From contig BCKZ01000048.1 of NCBI GenBank assembly GCA_001600815.1, forward strand, positions 1 to 44,861: a stretch of DNA of 44,861 nucleotides, given 5' to 3'. The notes beneath the pieces are model-generated. The model had not been told where the DNA came from and did not search any database. It saw nothing but the letters and a program-made list of their open reading frames with translations. This document shows positions 43,349 to 44,861 of the stretch, piece after piece. How positions within the stretch are numbered: position 1 is the stretch's first letter; each line of letters begins with the position of its first letter. The translations under genes and the position numbers were made by a program. Source of the DNA: Alloascoidea hylecoeti. Taxonomy: Eukaryota.

Positions 43349-44575
43349 TTTATATGTTATTGTTTTTGCAAATTATTAAATCCTTGGAACTTTGATTTTC
43401 ATGCATTGCTTTTAAATTATTTGCTTCTTATCATTATACTTACTCATTCTAACTATAAATTATAAATCATTTAAGATCTTATACAATCAGGTTTAGCTAA
43501 TATAATATAAGCAATAAAATTGGAAAATTACACTAAATAGAAATGACAATTACAATATTACAAACAGCCATAGAGTATTATACAAAGCCTTATAATTAAA
43601 CTGTTCTTAAAATGGTACTTGGCGCTCCATAAATTCTAGAGATTATATTAATGTATATAAAATGAAATTTCAAGTTTAATATTTAGTATTGGCACCTTGA
43701 TGTTATAGATTGCTTCAAACCATATGAAGCATAATAATAGAGATGGATATCGATACCTAGGCCTATAGTTATGTCAACTTATTTTTACCTATTCAAGAAA
43801 GACGATCGATCTTTGAGATTACATAGCTGCAATGTTTATGGGCTTATTCAATTTTCTACTTGTCTTCCCAATTAACTCTTGTGCGAGAACCGCTGACAAC
43901 CCTTTAAAATTTAAACATGGTTTAATGGTCTAGAATAAGAGAGATATCTTCTAAGAACTTTTCTGGTGAAGATGGAGTAAATCGAGGACTTTTTGACTGT
44001 TTAGTTTTTGGAATTTTTATAGTTATAAGGAACTATCGCTATGGTCACTTCATTTTCGGAAGAAATAGCTGCTGGTTCAAATAAATATATCAAAGTTAAT
44101 GAGCACACAACCAATAGAAGCCAAGATCATTATTAACTGGTAATCTAGAATATAATTATAACCTTGTTAGATCATGTTATAATTCATCAATAGATTTATT
44201 TGGTTATCTTGATGAATTTTTATTAAATTACTTTATATGTTAGATTTCTTTCACAAAAAGCATTATTAGAAAAACTTTGTTCAATTTTAAAAATTTAGAT
44301 ATTGATTCTAAAGTTGAAGGGTTTAGATTGTTATTGATTTACTTTAAACTGTACTTATTTTAGAATATTCAGATAAATTCAGAATTTTAGCTGCTCTCGA
44401 TGTCATCGATGGATTAAATACATCTGTTGAAAGTCAGGAATTGGGAATTTATATATATAAATTTAATATAAATAGATTAATAAAGAATGCAATTTTAAAT
44501 GTTACCCGGATATCAACTCTGCCTGCTCTTCCCAACCCCCTTTTAATTAATCAATCAACTTCTTTTATCATTAAT

Positions 44576-44861
44576 ATGAATGGTTACCGAGAGAAATTCT
44601 TACAGCTTGAACGTGAAGTCGAGAAACGTGTTCAAGACCTTGAAAGTCGTTCGAATTCTAATGAACAGGGACGAATATTTGAAGACATAGTTCTCAAATC
44701 ATATTTTGGTGACTTACATGAGAAGAATAATCTGGATCGGATCATGATTAGCGCTAATGATGAAGATATCATAGCCAAGTATATTTACGGCGGAAGTTTC
44801 GCAAATAACATATTATTCAATCTACCATTAGTTGGGTTTTTTGAATTTCCAGCATCTCACA
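44576..44861 (+). CDS. Unknown protein, 3'-partial (runs off window)
   Basis: ATG at 44576, open for 95 codons to the window end (MNGYREKFLQLEREVEKRVQDLESRS...). Reb1-like TTACCCGG at 44502-44509 upstream. Confidence 0.6.
   Translation, partial: MNGYREKFLQLEREVEKRVQDLESRSNSNEQGRIFEDIVLKSYFGDLHEKNNLDRIMISANDEDIIAKYIYGGSFANNILFNLPLVGFFEFPASH

Noticed and set aside
43700..44400. Coding-like but stop-interrupted minus-strand sequence
   Set aside because: No recognisable family. It may be a decayed gene or element but cannot be supported.
1..44861. CRISPR arrays, rRNA, LTR pairs, prokaryotic systems
   Set aside because: None seen. The window is eukaryotic, and the repeats near 7400-7830 are irregular and degenerate, not repeat-spacer arrays.

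Overview
AT-rich, intron-containing budding-yeast (Saccharomycotina-like) genomic window. CTG falls at conserved Leu positions, so the standard code appears to apply. Genes from left to right: 5'-partial fungal-specific transcription factor, CAX4, a YLR345W-like PFK-2/FBPase-2, RPL26 (1 intron), intron-containing tRNA-Lys(UUU), RMT2, YMD8-like nucleotide-sugar transporter, a 4-exon 2OG-Fe(II) dioxygenase, a 3-exon NCS1 permease, a CUE-AlkB-GRF dioxygenase, two uncharacterised proteins, a Yps7-like aspartic protease, a ~6.7 kb stretch with no intact gene (foldback element, DHR1/ECM16 pseudogene containing a pogo-like transposase fragment), SFB3/SEC24-family gene, PAN1 (2 introns), MET14, ALG14 (1 intron) and a 3'-partial unknown ORF. 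The most notable signals are: (1) a 5'-truncated L1-type retrotransposon about 55 bp upstream of the tRNA gene, pointing away from it and followed by two more same-orientation copies of its 3' end, which suggests tRNA-promoter-targeted or tail-targeted LINE insertion; (2) a ~370-nt nested long-range stem structure with G-U pairs between RMT2 and YMD8 (candidate unannotated RNA); (3) a possible modified-nucleobase uptake/oxidation gene group; (4) an extreme GC island over PAN1 exon 1 and the PAN1-MET14 bidirectional promoter. All identifications come from reading motifs by eye; no database searches or folding programs were run.
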